This document shows positions 12,401 through 22,271 of a stretch of DNA of 50,528 nucleotides, piece by piece. Numbering within the stretch: position 1 is the first letter of the stretch; every line of letters starts with the position of its first letter. The notes under the pieces were generated by a model. The model did no database searches. It was not told the DNA's origin and saw only the letters and a list, made by a program, of their open reading frames with translations. Made by a program: the position numbers and the translations under genes. This DNA is from Macrostomum lignano (taxonomy: Eukaryota). Location: positions 1 through 50,528 of the forward strand of contig NIVC01004324.1 of assembly GCA_002269645.1 (NCBI GenBank), written 5' to 3'.

Positions 12401-15400
12401 AGCTTGAGCTAATAAAAGCCAGTCAAGCCCCAGTCCAGGCGTTCCCTGAGCCGAAATTACATTATTCTGCGGCTGCCTCTGCTCCCGCATCAGGGAGACA
12501 ATGAAGCAGTGGCTAAACAGGGCCAGGGACAACACGCCAGCCATGGACACAAAGCTGGGCGAGAACTCTGAAAGCGGGCGGGTAACAAACAAATTCACGA
12601 CCTGTGTCGGTTCACACTGAACAAGTGACAAACATGCATGCAAGATTGCTAAGTACATGCGGTGAGCTGCGGTGAGCTGGGTGAGAATTGAAAAAAACAC
12701 ATTTGCACCGGCCCAGCATCAAAAGATTTACATTATTCTCTGGCCGCAGCTGGTTCCGCGTCAGCGTGATCACCGCATTGTGGCAGAACAGCGCCAGGGA
12801 CAGCACACCGGTCATGAGGGCGAAGCTCGGCCTCAGCTCTGCAGGGTTGCGGCAGCGGCTGACTGACTGACTGCCTGACTGACTGACTGACTGACTGACT
12901 GACTGACTGCCTGACTGACTGCCTGACTGCCTGACTGACTGACTGCCTGACTGACTGACTGACTGCCTGACTGACTGACTGCCTGACTGCCTGACTGACT
13001 GCCTGACTGACTGCCTGACTGACTGACTGACTGCCTGACTGACTGCCTGACTGACTGCCTGCCTGACTGACTGCCTGACTGCCTGACTGACTGCCTGACT
13101 GCCTGACTGCCTGACTGACTGCCTGCCTGACTGCCTGACTGACTGCCTGACTGACTGACTGCCTGACTGACTGCCTGACTGCCTGACTGACTGACTGCCT
13201 GACTGACTGCCTGACTGACTGACTGCCTGACTGACTGCCTGACTGACTGCCTGCCTGACTGACTGCCTGACTGACTGACTGACTGCCTGACTGACTGACT
13301 GCCTGCCTGACTGCCTGACTGCCTGACTGACTGCCTGACTGCCTGACTGACTGCCTGCCTGACTGCCTGACTGACTGCCTGACTGACTGACTGCCTGACT
13401 GACTGCCTGACTGCCTGACTGACTGACTGCCTGACTGACTGCCTGACTGACTGACTGCCTGACTGACTGCCTGACTGACTGACTGCCTGACTGACTGACT
13501 GCCTGACTGACTGACGGACTGACTGACTGACTGCAATTCACAATCGCAGCTGAGCATTAAGACTATAATAAAGTTTCTAACCACGTCAGACACCTGAAAA
13601 TACGGAGGCTATTTACTCAAAAGCATAAATTTGCACTGGTTAAGTAAATTCGCGTTACGCACTAAGCAAATGAAGTTCTGGCAAAGCGACTTCCAGTCAC
13701 CAGCGCTGCAGCTGTAAAAGCGATATTCGCAGCTACATAAGCTGCCTGCATAACATTGCCAGTAAACACGTGGGCTGCAATGCCTTATTAGCTTGAAAAT
13801 GTTAATATAACCAAAATTGTATACTTGTAGACTGAAGACGGACAAGACAGCATCCGCCAAAGGCCAAAAGACTTCGCAAACATGTGAATTTTGGCTAATT
13901 AAAAAGATAACCAGAGAGAGTGAAAGAAATGGAGTCACAGTTGGAGAGAGTGAAAGAAATGGAGTGACAGTTGGAGAGAGTGAAAGAAATGGAGTGACAG
14001 TTGGAGAGAGTGAAAAAAATGGAGTGACAGATGGAGAGAGTGAAAGAAACGGAGTGACAGTTGGAGAGAGTGAAACAAACGGAGTGACAGTTGGAGAGAG
14101 TGAAACAAACGGAGTGACAGTTGGAGAGAGTGAAACAAACGGAGTCACAGTTGGAGAGAGTGAAAGAAATGGAGTGACAGTTGGAGAGAGTGAAAGAAAC
14201 GGAGTCACAGTTGGAGAGAGTGAAAGAAATGGAGTCACAGCTGGAGAGAGTGAAAGAAATAGAGTGACAGATGGAGAGAGTGAAAGAAACGGAGTGACAG
14301 TTGGAGAGAGTGAAAGAAATGGAGTGACAGTTGAAGAGAGTGAAAGAAATAGGTGGAGAGACAGATGAAGAGTGAAAGCAGAAGCTGAGAGGTGAACAAA
14401 CGGGGAGGCGAGGCTGCACTGAGGCCATTCAAAAGGATGCGAGGCTGCCAGACTCACGCCGGATGACATTGGCAGCATCAGTGGCGCTGAAGTCCAGATG
14501 GAAGCCCCACTGGGCGGCTTTCACGGCAACAAAGACCAGCACAAAGACCACGGCCACGGTGCCGAGAGCGTTGAACTTGGAGAAGAAGCCCGGAGACTTG
14601 ATGCAGACAAGCGGGAACAGCAGGAGGACCAGATAGAACGGCACGGTCTCGGTTTTGCTCCACAGCCGCTGGAACAGAGGCTCGGTGCCGTTTCTGAAGT
14701 CCGGCGGGGCGACGGTGGCGGGAGGCGGCGTGGTGACGTTGGGCAGGCCGGTGGGCTGCACGGGCAGCGGCGGGTAGTTCGGGCACAGCACGTGAAATGT
14801 GCGGTTGCCAACCCGGAATTCGTTCGGGGTGCCGTCAATCTCGGTGACATTGTACAGCTGGCTGTGGATGAAGCAGCCGCCCTGAGGGACCGGGGAGGGG
14901 AGGGGTGCCGTCAATCTCGGTGACATTGTGCAGCTGGCTGTGAATGAAGCAGCCGCCCTGAGGGACCGGGGAGGGGAGGGGTGCCGTCAATCTCGGTGAC
15001 ATTGTGCAGCTGGCTGTGAATGAAGCAGCCGCCCTGAGGGACCGGGGAGGGGAGCCGTCAATCTCGGTGACATTGTGCAGCTGGCTGTGGATGAAGCAGC
15101 CGCCCTGAGGGACCGGGGGGCTGCCAACCACTTCCGTTTCTTAGAAAATTATTTGAAGGCCGGCTTCATGCCAAAACAAACGCTATTGAGACAGGGAGTT
15201 TCTCATTTTATTAGGCATAAAACCCATGGATTTTTAGGGCATTTTAGGCAGAAGAAGGCCAGAAGAGAAGAGCCGGTCTGCTCCCGAGCCCACACAGGCG
15301 CAATAACAACCTGGTAAAGGAAGTTGGACAGCAGCACCCAGTAGACGATGATGGCGCCCAGTAGGGCCACGGCGGAGAACAGCACAGAGACGAGCTCGCC

Positions 15401-17143
15401 GTAGCGGCCCAGGTAAAATTTGCACACGTCAGAGAACTCGGACACTCGAACTCCGCTGCGGCCTGAGGTAAAAATTAATAATTAATATCTAGTAGTGAGT
15501 TATATAGGATTTTAGTAAAACAATAAATTTTGAGAGATCGCTTATGGAGGCCGTAGCCCAGTAGTCTGGTGCGGCGCCCTTACGTGCCAGCGGCCCAGGC
15601 TCGATTCCAAGTGCAGTCGCATTTATTTGGGGCTAAATTGGAATCTCGGCTTGGCTCTGCTCGTGCAATTAGCGGCCTTGAAGGCCAACCCCAAGGCACA
15701 GTGAAGTGTACATGCCTAGCCATCAATAAAGTTATGGCCGCTGTACACTCCTGTGTGGGTGTGTGCCTGTGCGTATGACTGCGTACGCTTGTGTGCCTGC
15801 TCAGGGGAGTCAGCGGAATAGGCAGTAATGCCTCTCGCTGGTTGTGTGACAATGTGGCCTCAGGTGCGCCAGGGTGCGCACAGGCCCCTGCCTATAACTA
15901 AGCCACCACTTACCCAAGTTTGAGTAGCTCCTGAGCACCAGGTAAGCAGTGTAGAATGTGATGCCAGTCATGATCAGCAGCACCACCAGGCTGGTGGCGA
16001 AGCCGGCCTCCTTCACCGCCCAGGGCATGCTCAGCAGCGAGGTGCCCATCATCGTGTTCCAGATGCTGAAGCTGCGGTCGGGTGGGGCGGAGGCATTGGC
16101 GGGTGCTTGTTTGACACAGCTGGGTCACTGGGTCATGGGTTTGGGTCCCTGGGTTATGGATTGGGTCACTGGGTCATGGGTTGGGTCACTCGGTTATGGG
16201 CGGGATCATTGAATCATGGGCTGGGTCACTGGGTCGTGTGTTTGCATCACGAGGTCATGAGTTGTGTCCCAAGGTCACGGGTTATGTCCCAAGGTCATGG
16301 GTAGGATCAATGGGTCATAGGTTGGGTTACTGGGTTATGGGTGGAATCATTGAATCATGGGCAGCGTCACGATGTCATGGTTTGGGTCACTGGGTCATTG
16401 GATTGGGTCACTGGGTCATGGGTTTGGGTCACGAGGTCATTGGTTTGGGTCACGAAGTCATTGGTTTGGGTCACGAGGTCATTGGTTTGGGTCACGAGGT
16501 CATTGGATTGGGTCACTGGGTCATGGGTTGGATCACTGGGTCCGCAGCGATGGTAATCAGTTTCTCCCCTAAAAGTACTCAGTTCTAAAGACCAACGCAA
16601 CGGACAGGATGAAGAACTCCCAGCTCACATGGTGATGATGCTGCTCTGCTTTGAGATCTGCTTGAACGGCAGGATCAGTAGGAACTGCGGCGGCACCACG
16701 TGATGCGGCATAAGCAACTGGCTGTCGGCACCAGGCGCGATCCTGCTGTAGTACTTGTACCTGCTCAGCATGGCGGAGGTCGCCTCCGACACCGCTGGCG
16801 ACGCCGAGGATGGGCCGGGCTCCGCCGATGGCGGCTCCGAGCGGGCGCGGCTCCTCGACTGCTGGCCGTCGGGGACGATGGCCTCGGCGGGGGAGCCGGA
16901 GGCGCCGGGCTGGTCGGGCAGGTAGCTGGAGGCCGGCGCATTGACGGAGCCGTAGCCGATGGGCAGGCGCACCGCGGTGCCCCGCTCCGTCTCGTAGGTG
17001 CGCGCGAAGGATCCGGCGCGGCCGGCGCTGGCCAGAGACGACGACGAAGGCGACAAGAGTGGCGCGTCGGCACCAGAGCGGCCGGATGATCGCTGCTTGC
17101 CGGCAATCAGCAGCTGCTGCCGCTCGGAGGACGGCTGCGACAT
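9418..17143 (-). CDS. SLC38A9: Lysosomal arginine sensor / neutral amino acid transporter SLC38A9; exons (5'->3') 17143-16629, 16071-15914, 15462-15311, 14881-14458, [12838-12732 OR 12567-12461], 10923-10819, 10485-10247, 9592-9418; 624 aa
   Basis: N-terminal Rag-binding motif (RYKYYSRIAP...MPHHVVP), FSIWNTMMGTSLLSMPW, EFSDVCKFYLG, TVPFYLVLLLFPL..KSPGFFSKFNALG, GVLSLALF.H, ARIFLFVQMVTVFPLLMYILR, FSGALCGLAYIFTLP. Exon lengths sum to 1875 nt with all phases consistent. Confidence 0.95.
9640..10150. repeat. 22-bp minisatellite (TAGCATAGCAACCGGGTATTTC)n in SLC38A9 last intron
   Basis: Tandem units visible directly. Confidence 0.95.
10512..10765. repeat. 22-bp minisatellite (GTGTTTAACTGGTGCAGTCAGT)n, intronic
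   Basis: About 11 tandem units. Confidence 0.95.
11275..12230. repeat. 20-bp minisatellite (CTTAGCAACAGGGTTTACAC)n, intronic
   Basis: More than 40 tandem units. Confidence 0.95.
12461..12567 (-). CDS. SLC38A9: SLC38A9 alternative exon 5b (107 nt): (Q)FSPSFVSMAGVLSLALFSHCFIVSLMREQRQPQNN
   Basis: TTTCAG acceptor, AAT|GTAATT donor, phase 1->0, open frame, paralogous to exon 5a. Confidence 0.85.
12732..12838 (-). CDS. SLC38A9: SLC38A9 alternative exon 5a (107 nt): (Q)LRPSFALMTGVLSLALFCHNAVITLTRNQLRPENN
   Basis: CTGCAG acceptor, AAT|GTAAAT donor, phase 1->0. Closer to the vertebrate TM6 segment (recalled as LTGVLTLAFFIHNCIITL). Confidence 0.9.
12859..13533. repeat. Compound tetranucleotide microsatellite (GACT/GCCT)n
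   Basis: Explains the SQSV/RQS pseudo-ORFs. Confidence 0.97.
13914..14365. repeat. 30-bp minisatellite (GAGAGTGAAAGAAATGGAGTGACAGTTGGA)n, intronic
   Basis: About 15 tandem units. Confidence 0.95.
14831..15120 (-). repeat. 4x ~76-bp tandem duplication spanning the intron 3/exon 4 junction of SLC38A9
   Basis: Units start at 14831, 14907, 14983 and 15054 (spacings 76, 76, 71). Each contains the acceptor CCGGTCCCTCAG plus the first ~51 nt of the exon. Confidence 0.95.
15546..15860 (+). mobile_element. tRNA-derived SINE (copy 2), antisense in SLC38A9 intron 2
   Basis: A-box GTAGCCCAGTAG, B-box GGCTCGATTCC, body homologous to 8070-8365. Confidence 0.75.
16120..16545. repeat. ~21-bp degenerate minisatellite (TTGGGTCACGAGGTCATTGGT)n in SLC38A9 intron 1
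   Basis: Direct inspection. Confidence 0.9.
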
Positions 17144-17235
17144 GGACTTCTAGAGCTCGTCTGTCCCGGTGTTTCCTTTTTTAAAAGGTAGTCGGCCTCG
17201 AAAGGCAGGGCGAGTCAGAAACCTGGCTGGAACAT

Positions 17236-18192
17236 TACCAAATTGGTGTACTAGTGAGATGGGTGTACCAAATTGGTGTACTAGTGAGATGGGTGTACCA
17301 AATTGGTGTACTAGTGAGATGGGTGTACCAAATTGGTGTACTAGTGAGATGGGTGTACCAGATTGGTGTACTAGTGAGATGGGTGTACCAGATTGGTGTA
17401 CTAGTGAGATGGGTGTACCAGATTGGTGTACTAGTGAGATGGGTGTACCAGATTGGTGTGCTAGTGAGATGGGTGTACCAGATTGGTATACTAGTGAGAT
17501 GGGTGTATCAGATTGGTGTGCTAGTGAGATGGGTGTACCAAATTGGTGTACTAGTGAGATGGGTATACCAGATTGGTATACTAGTGAGATGGGTGTATCA
17601 GATTGGTGTGCTAGTGAGATGGGTGTACCAAATTGGTGTACTAGTGAGATGGGTGTACCAGATTGGTATACTAGTGAGATGGGTGTACCAGATTGGTGTG
17701 CTAGTGAGATGGGTGTACCAGATTGGTGTGCTAGTGAGATGGGTGTATCAGATTGGTGTGCCATTGAGATGGGTGTACCAGATTGGTATACTAGTGAGAT
17801 GGGTGTACCAGATTGGTGTGCTAGTGAGATGGGTGTACCAGATTGGTATACTAGTGAGATGGGTGTATCAGATTGGTGTGCTAGTGAGATGGGTGTACCA
17901 GATTGGTGTACTAGTGGTAGTGAGATGGGTGTACCAAATTGGTGTACTATTGAGATGGGTGTACCAGATTGGTATACTAGTGAGATGGGTATATCAGATT
18001 GGTGTGCTAGTGAGATGGATGTACCAAATTGGTGTACTATTGAGATGGGTGTACCAGATTGGTGTACTAGTGAGATGGGTGTACCAGATTAGTGTGCTAG
18101 TGAGATGGGTATACCAGATTGGTATACTAATGAGATGGGTGTACCAGATTGATGTACTAGTGAAATGGATGTATCAGATTGGTGTACTAGTA
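17236..18192. repeat. 30-bp minisatellite (CTAGTGAGATGGGTGTACCAGATTGGTGTA)n upstream of the SLC38A9 ATG
   Basis: About 32 units; source of the WCTSEMGVPD and VRWVYQIGVL pseudo-ORFs. Confidence 0.97.
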
Positions 18193-18197
18193 AAATC

Positions 18198-18368
18198 ATG
18201 CTTGGGCACAACCTAGGGATTCACCCAACCATTTCTATTGGCAACACACACATGTAAGTTGCTATTGGACAGAATAGTAGTGACATGACTGCTCTCAGCC
18301 AATAGCGACTTACATGTGTGTGTTGCCAATAGAAATGGCCAGGTGATTCCCAAGGTTGCACATGTATG
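18198..18368. mobile_element. Palindromic MITE-like foldback element
   Basis: 39-bp arms with one mismatch (CATTTCTATTGGCAACACACACATGTAAGTTGCTATTGG and its reverse complement) plus outer arms. The right end GTTGCACATGTATG matches the TIR of the MITEs at 19995 and 20899. Confidence 0.7.
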
Positions 18369-19994
18369 GGTATAGTTAGTTATATTTAATTATTAACCCT
18401 TAGACATACATATGCAAATATATATATAAACCAGTTTGCTCCCACTATTTTCATGGCTAGACTTGCATATAAAAGGGGTAAATGGGATGTTTAATTTTGG
18501 GGCCAACCTAAAAAGTTGGGCCTATGTACTTGTCTATTTTTTAAATCCTGGATTTATCACAAATGCAGATAAACATTTTATATACTCTTGAAAGTATAAT
18601 ATCCTAATGACAAATTTAAGACTAAGTCTATTTGGTATAACATATTTAACTATTAGAATGAAAATGAGCTATGCTAAAATGGAAAAAAGAATATATATAT
18701 TTCATTTATAAGTATAAGAATGTAATAAAATAAATTATGATGATCGTGGCTTGTAGTGCAACCAGAAATTTCTGTTAAGGGGGATAGATTCTGGAGAGGG
18801 TAAAGACCCAAGGGAAGGGGGCAGAAGAGTGGCTCTGTATTCTGGCGAAAATTAGACTAACTCCAAAGGATAAAGAGTACTTTTTAACAGAAAAAAAATA
18901 TGCTTAATACTACTAATTCAAGTTCGCACGCTATTTTCTTTCGCTGTTAAAAGAGTAAGAAAACAACAAACTAGTATTAGTCATAGACATTTATTTCAAG
19001 GGAGAATTATTAAACAATAAATAATGTTGACAATAGTATAGGTATATTGGTATATATTGCGCCAATAAATATAAGATCTTGCAACAATCGTTTTACTAGA
19101 AGCGTATTTTAAACGTCCTTGAACTGGCTGGGTCTGACATGCTTTTCTCGAGGTGCATGGTCCTTGGTGCCTGATCGTGCATTCAGCACTCGGATATGCG
19201 CTCGATCGATCACTAATTTAAATAAAGTTTATTAAACAGTGAAATACGTACATGTGCTCACAATGCACTGCAAAAACACACAACAATTATCCGAGCATTA
19301 GCGCACAAAGCTATATTATCAAATCACTACAAAAAGTCGCCGAAAGTACACTACAGCCTACGGCTACATGTACCATATCGACTAGACTAGGTCTAGGAAC
19401 TAGAGTGTATTGTTTTGTCACTAAAGTCAATAAATGATTTTTTGCGAAATCGAACATTGTCAAAGGGGTCTATTTTTAGTTATCATACTTGCTATACGAA
19501 TTGGTATAATGGTAGGCCTATATTTTTAAATCTAGCCGGATGCTGATTGCTAAATTGGTTAGGTAGGCCTATATGGCTTTGGCTAGGCCTAAATTACATT
19601 GCAGATTTATTGAGAATTGAGAATGCTTACTAAATCTTTTTAAAAAAACTATTTTATGCCTCTGTTATTTGTTTTAATTAATTAACACTAGGCCTATAGA
19701 AAGGACTCTACTCTAGCCTAGCTAGTGCATAACCAAGATGGCCATAGCTTTAAATATATAAATAGAATCAAATAGATGATATTAAATATAGCCTAGGTCT
19801 ATATATTTGGGTACAGGTCACTTTGGCAAAAAGACATTTCAGCGAAAGGTTCTGCAGTGCATCTTTCTTTGACAATACTTTGTATGAAATCTCTGAACAG
19901 CTTAGACAAGTTTGAACTTTGAATTGATATATTTGGCAGCACAAGTATAAATGCAGTAAAACATAAAATGTTGATCATTTGATGCCATGATCTA

Positions 19995-20302
19995 TATACA
20001 TGTGCAACCTCCAAAATTTGGTTGGCCATGCAACTTAGTTTTAGGCCTAACAAAAATGCGACATCATTTTTGGCCAAAATGTAACTTACATGTAAAAAAA
20101 CCCTAAAACAAAATTAATGCAACTTTGGGTAAATGGCAGGAGTAATAATGACTATCTTATTAAGTCAAAATGTCTCATCAGCTACTTAGTACTACTACTT
20201 TGATATTTTTTGGCTGGGCATTTTTGCAACTTCCTTGATTGCCGATTGGCCACCAAATTGGTTGGCTAGATTGCCAACTTGGCTGACTGTTGCGCATGTA
20301 TG
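19995..20302. mobile_element. MITE copy 1 (308 bp), TIR ~CATAC(G/A)TGCGCAAC, 8-bp TSD ATGATCTA
   Basis: TSD at 19987-19994 and 20303-20310. An 8-bp TSD is typical of hAT or P superfamilies. Confidence 0.85.
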
Positions 20303-20376
20303 ATGATCTATTAGAATTTCAGTCTCATCAACAGGATATGCTGCCTCATCAGCAGGAAAAATGGCTAATTCATGAT

Positions 20377-20465
20377 CAGCCTCATTAGCATGAACAGCGG
20401 CAGCCTCATTAGCATGAACAGCAGCAGCCTCATCAGCATGAACAGCGGCAGCCTAATCAGCAGTA
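20377..20465. repeat. 24-bp tandem repeat (CAGCCTCATTAGCATGAACAGCGG) x~4
   Basis: Direct inspection. Confidence 0.85.
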
Positions 20466-20898
20466 TCATTGGCAGGAACAACAACGGGTACAGCTGCAGC
20501 TGCAGGCCTACTAATTTTCAAGAACAGCTTTCTGGCACATTGCGCAGTTATCCATTAAAGAATGAGAAGTCAAAGCCTTTGATATTTGTATATTCAATAT
20601 ACGCAATATACCCGTGTCTTATATATGTGCCATTTGCACACATTGGTGTTCCTTGCCTTTGTGCATTTGTGCAATATGCAACATAATTGGCTGTTCACTG
20701 AAATCTAGGCAAAGCACAATGTGTCATTTGCACACATGATATTCCTTGCCCTTGGCATTGCATTGTGCAATATGAAGATTAACCTCTGTATTTGTCAATT
20801 ATGTACATTGCTTACATGTGTGCATTCCTCACTCTATCCCCAGTAAGATATATGGAAGACCCAGTGCCTTTGCATGGTGTTACTAATTGGTGAACATG

Positions 20899-21174
20899 CA
20901 TATGTGCGCAACCTCTAAAATTCGGTTGGCCATGCGACATAGTTTTTGGCCAAAAATGCGACTTACATGTAAAAAAACCCTAAAGCAAAATTAATGCAAC
21001 TTTGGGCAAACGGCAGGAGTATTTATGACTGTCTTATTAAGTCAAAATGTCTCGTCAGCTACTTAGTACTACTACTTTGGTATTTTTTCGTGTGGGCATT
21101 TTTGTGACTTCCTTGATTGGCCGCCAAATTGGTCGGCTGGATCGGCCGACTCGGCCAACTGTTGCGCATGTATG
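20899..21174. mobile_element. MITE copy 2 (276 bp), same family, 8-bp TSD TGAACATG
   Basis: TSD at 20891-20898 and 21175-21182; interior homologous to 19995-20302. Confidence 0.85.
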
Positions 21175-21549
21175 TGAACATGCATCATTTTATCCAGTGT
21201 CTCGACTCTCACCCATGCACTTATACGTATTATAGTTGGTGAAATGTGTAGAAATGGATAAATTCTTGTACATATTACAAGTTGAAATTTAATATCAAAC
21301 ATTTCACTTCACTTAAACAAATGCATTCAGCTCGTAGGCCTAGTCAGGAAAGGAATGCATAACAATAACAAATGTATGCAATCAAGCGAGTCAAGCAAAA
21401 CCTTTCACCAAAATGGCTTCGCCGAAATGTCTTTTTGCTGAAGTGACTTAAAGCAATTTATAAAGATTTCACTCATTTCCTATTGGTAATAATTTGTATT
21501 AGGCCTAGGTATAGATCTTTAAGTCTTGGGGAAATAGATATTATGGTAT

Positions 21550-21810
21550 AGGACCAAGACTGCTACATACTAGGCCTAAGACTGCCACACTTGAGGAGCT
21601 GGGGGGGGGGGGAATTTGGCTCAATGTGTTATTGGATGGTGCTAAAGAAGAGATAGGTAGGTAGGAAAGCCAATAAGACAAGGTTGTGAGAGATGAACCT
21701 ATGAGAAGAATAGCAATGCTAGAAGATTAGTTTTAGCTCCCCCTCAATACTAGTAGGCCTAGCCAGTAATAGCTATGGCAGTCTTGGTGTGTGGCAGTCT
21801 TAGTCATATG
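21550..21810. mobile_element. Degenerate inverted-repeat (MITE-like) element
   Basis: AAGACTGCCACAC / GTGTGGCAGTCTT and CCAAGACTGC / GCAGTCTTGG inverted pairs. Confidence 0.4.
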
Positions 21811-22271
21811 CCAATATTATAATAGAATTATATTATTTTAAAAGCATTCCTTTCATGGTTTCAACTTTTATTGTACAGCATAGCCTGACTGCCTGACCTT
21901 TAAATAATAATCTACTTAATAAATCAAGTAGCCTAGCACAAAAAAATTAAACACCCATTTGCATCTTTATCCCATTTTTTGCATAAAATTATCAGCAGCA
22001 TATTTAAGCAATGCTTTCTTGATAAACTTTTATAGCAATGCTTTTTTGATAAACAGATAATAATATTAATAGATTTGATAGATATAATGATAAGGAATAA
22101 ATTGGCACAAACATTGAAAAAGATTATTAAAGCTTTTGTGTTATTAGTAATTAGTTTCAAATCATTATATGATTATATCAGTGTTTATGAATTTGTTTGG
22201 TTAAAAATAATTAGTATATTATTAATAATAGCTATTAAGTTGCTAATAAATATTAATAGTAGAAAGAGAGT

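Larger units (their letters stand above)
19816..21448. mobile_element. Non-autonomous DNA transposon remnant with TIRs, hosting two MITE insertions
   Basis: Left GGTCACTTTGGCAAAAAGACATTTCAGCGAAAGG versus reverse complement of right end AGTCACTTCAGCAAAAAGACATTTCGGCGAA. No TSD found; superfamily not assignable (Mutator/foldback-like is a guess). Confidence 0.55.

Noticed and set aside
12612-13593. 309-aa and 286-aa SQSV/RQ repeat ORFs
   Set aside because: Tetranucleotide microsatellite; only the terminal 107 nt is a real exon.
13533-13593. Possible third alternative exon (VSDVVRNFIIVLMLSC) in SLC38A9
   Set aside because: No convincing similarity to TM6 or TM7 and no donor; it runs into the microsatellite.
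17150-18216. Repeat-protein-like ORFs (WCTSEMGVPD, VRWVYQIGVL)
   Set aside because: A 30-bp stop-free minisatellite open in several frames, with no splice or codon evidence.
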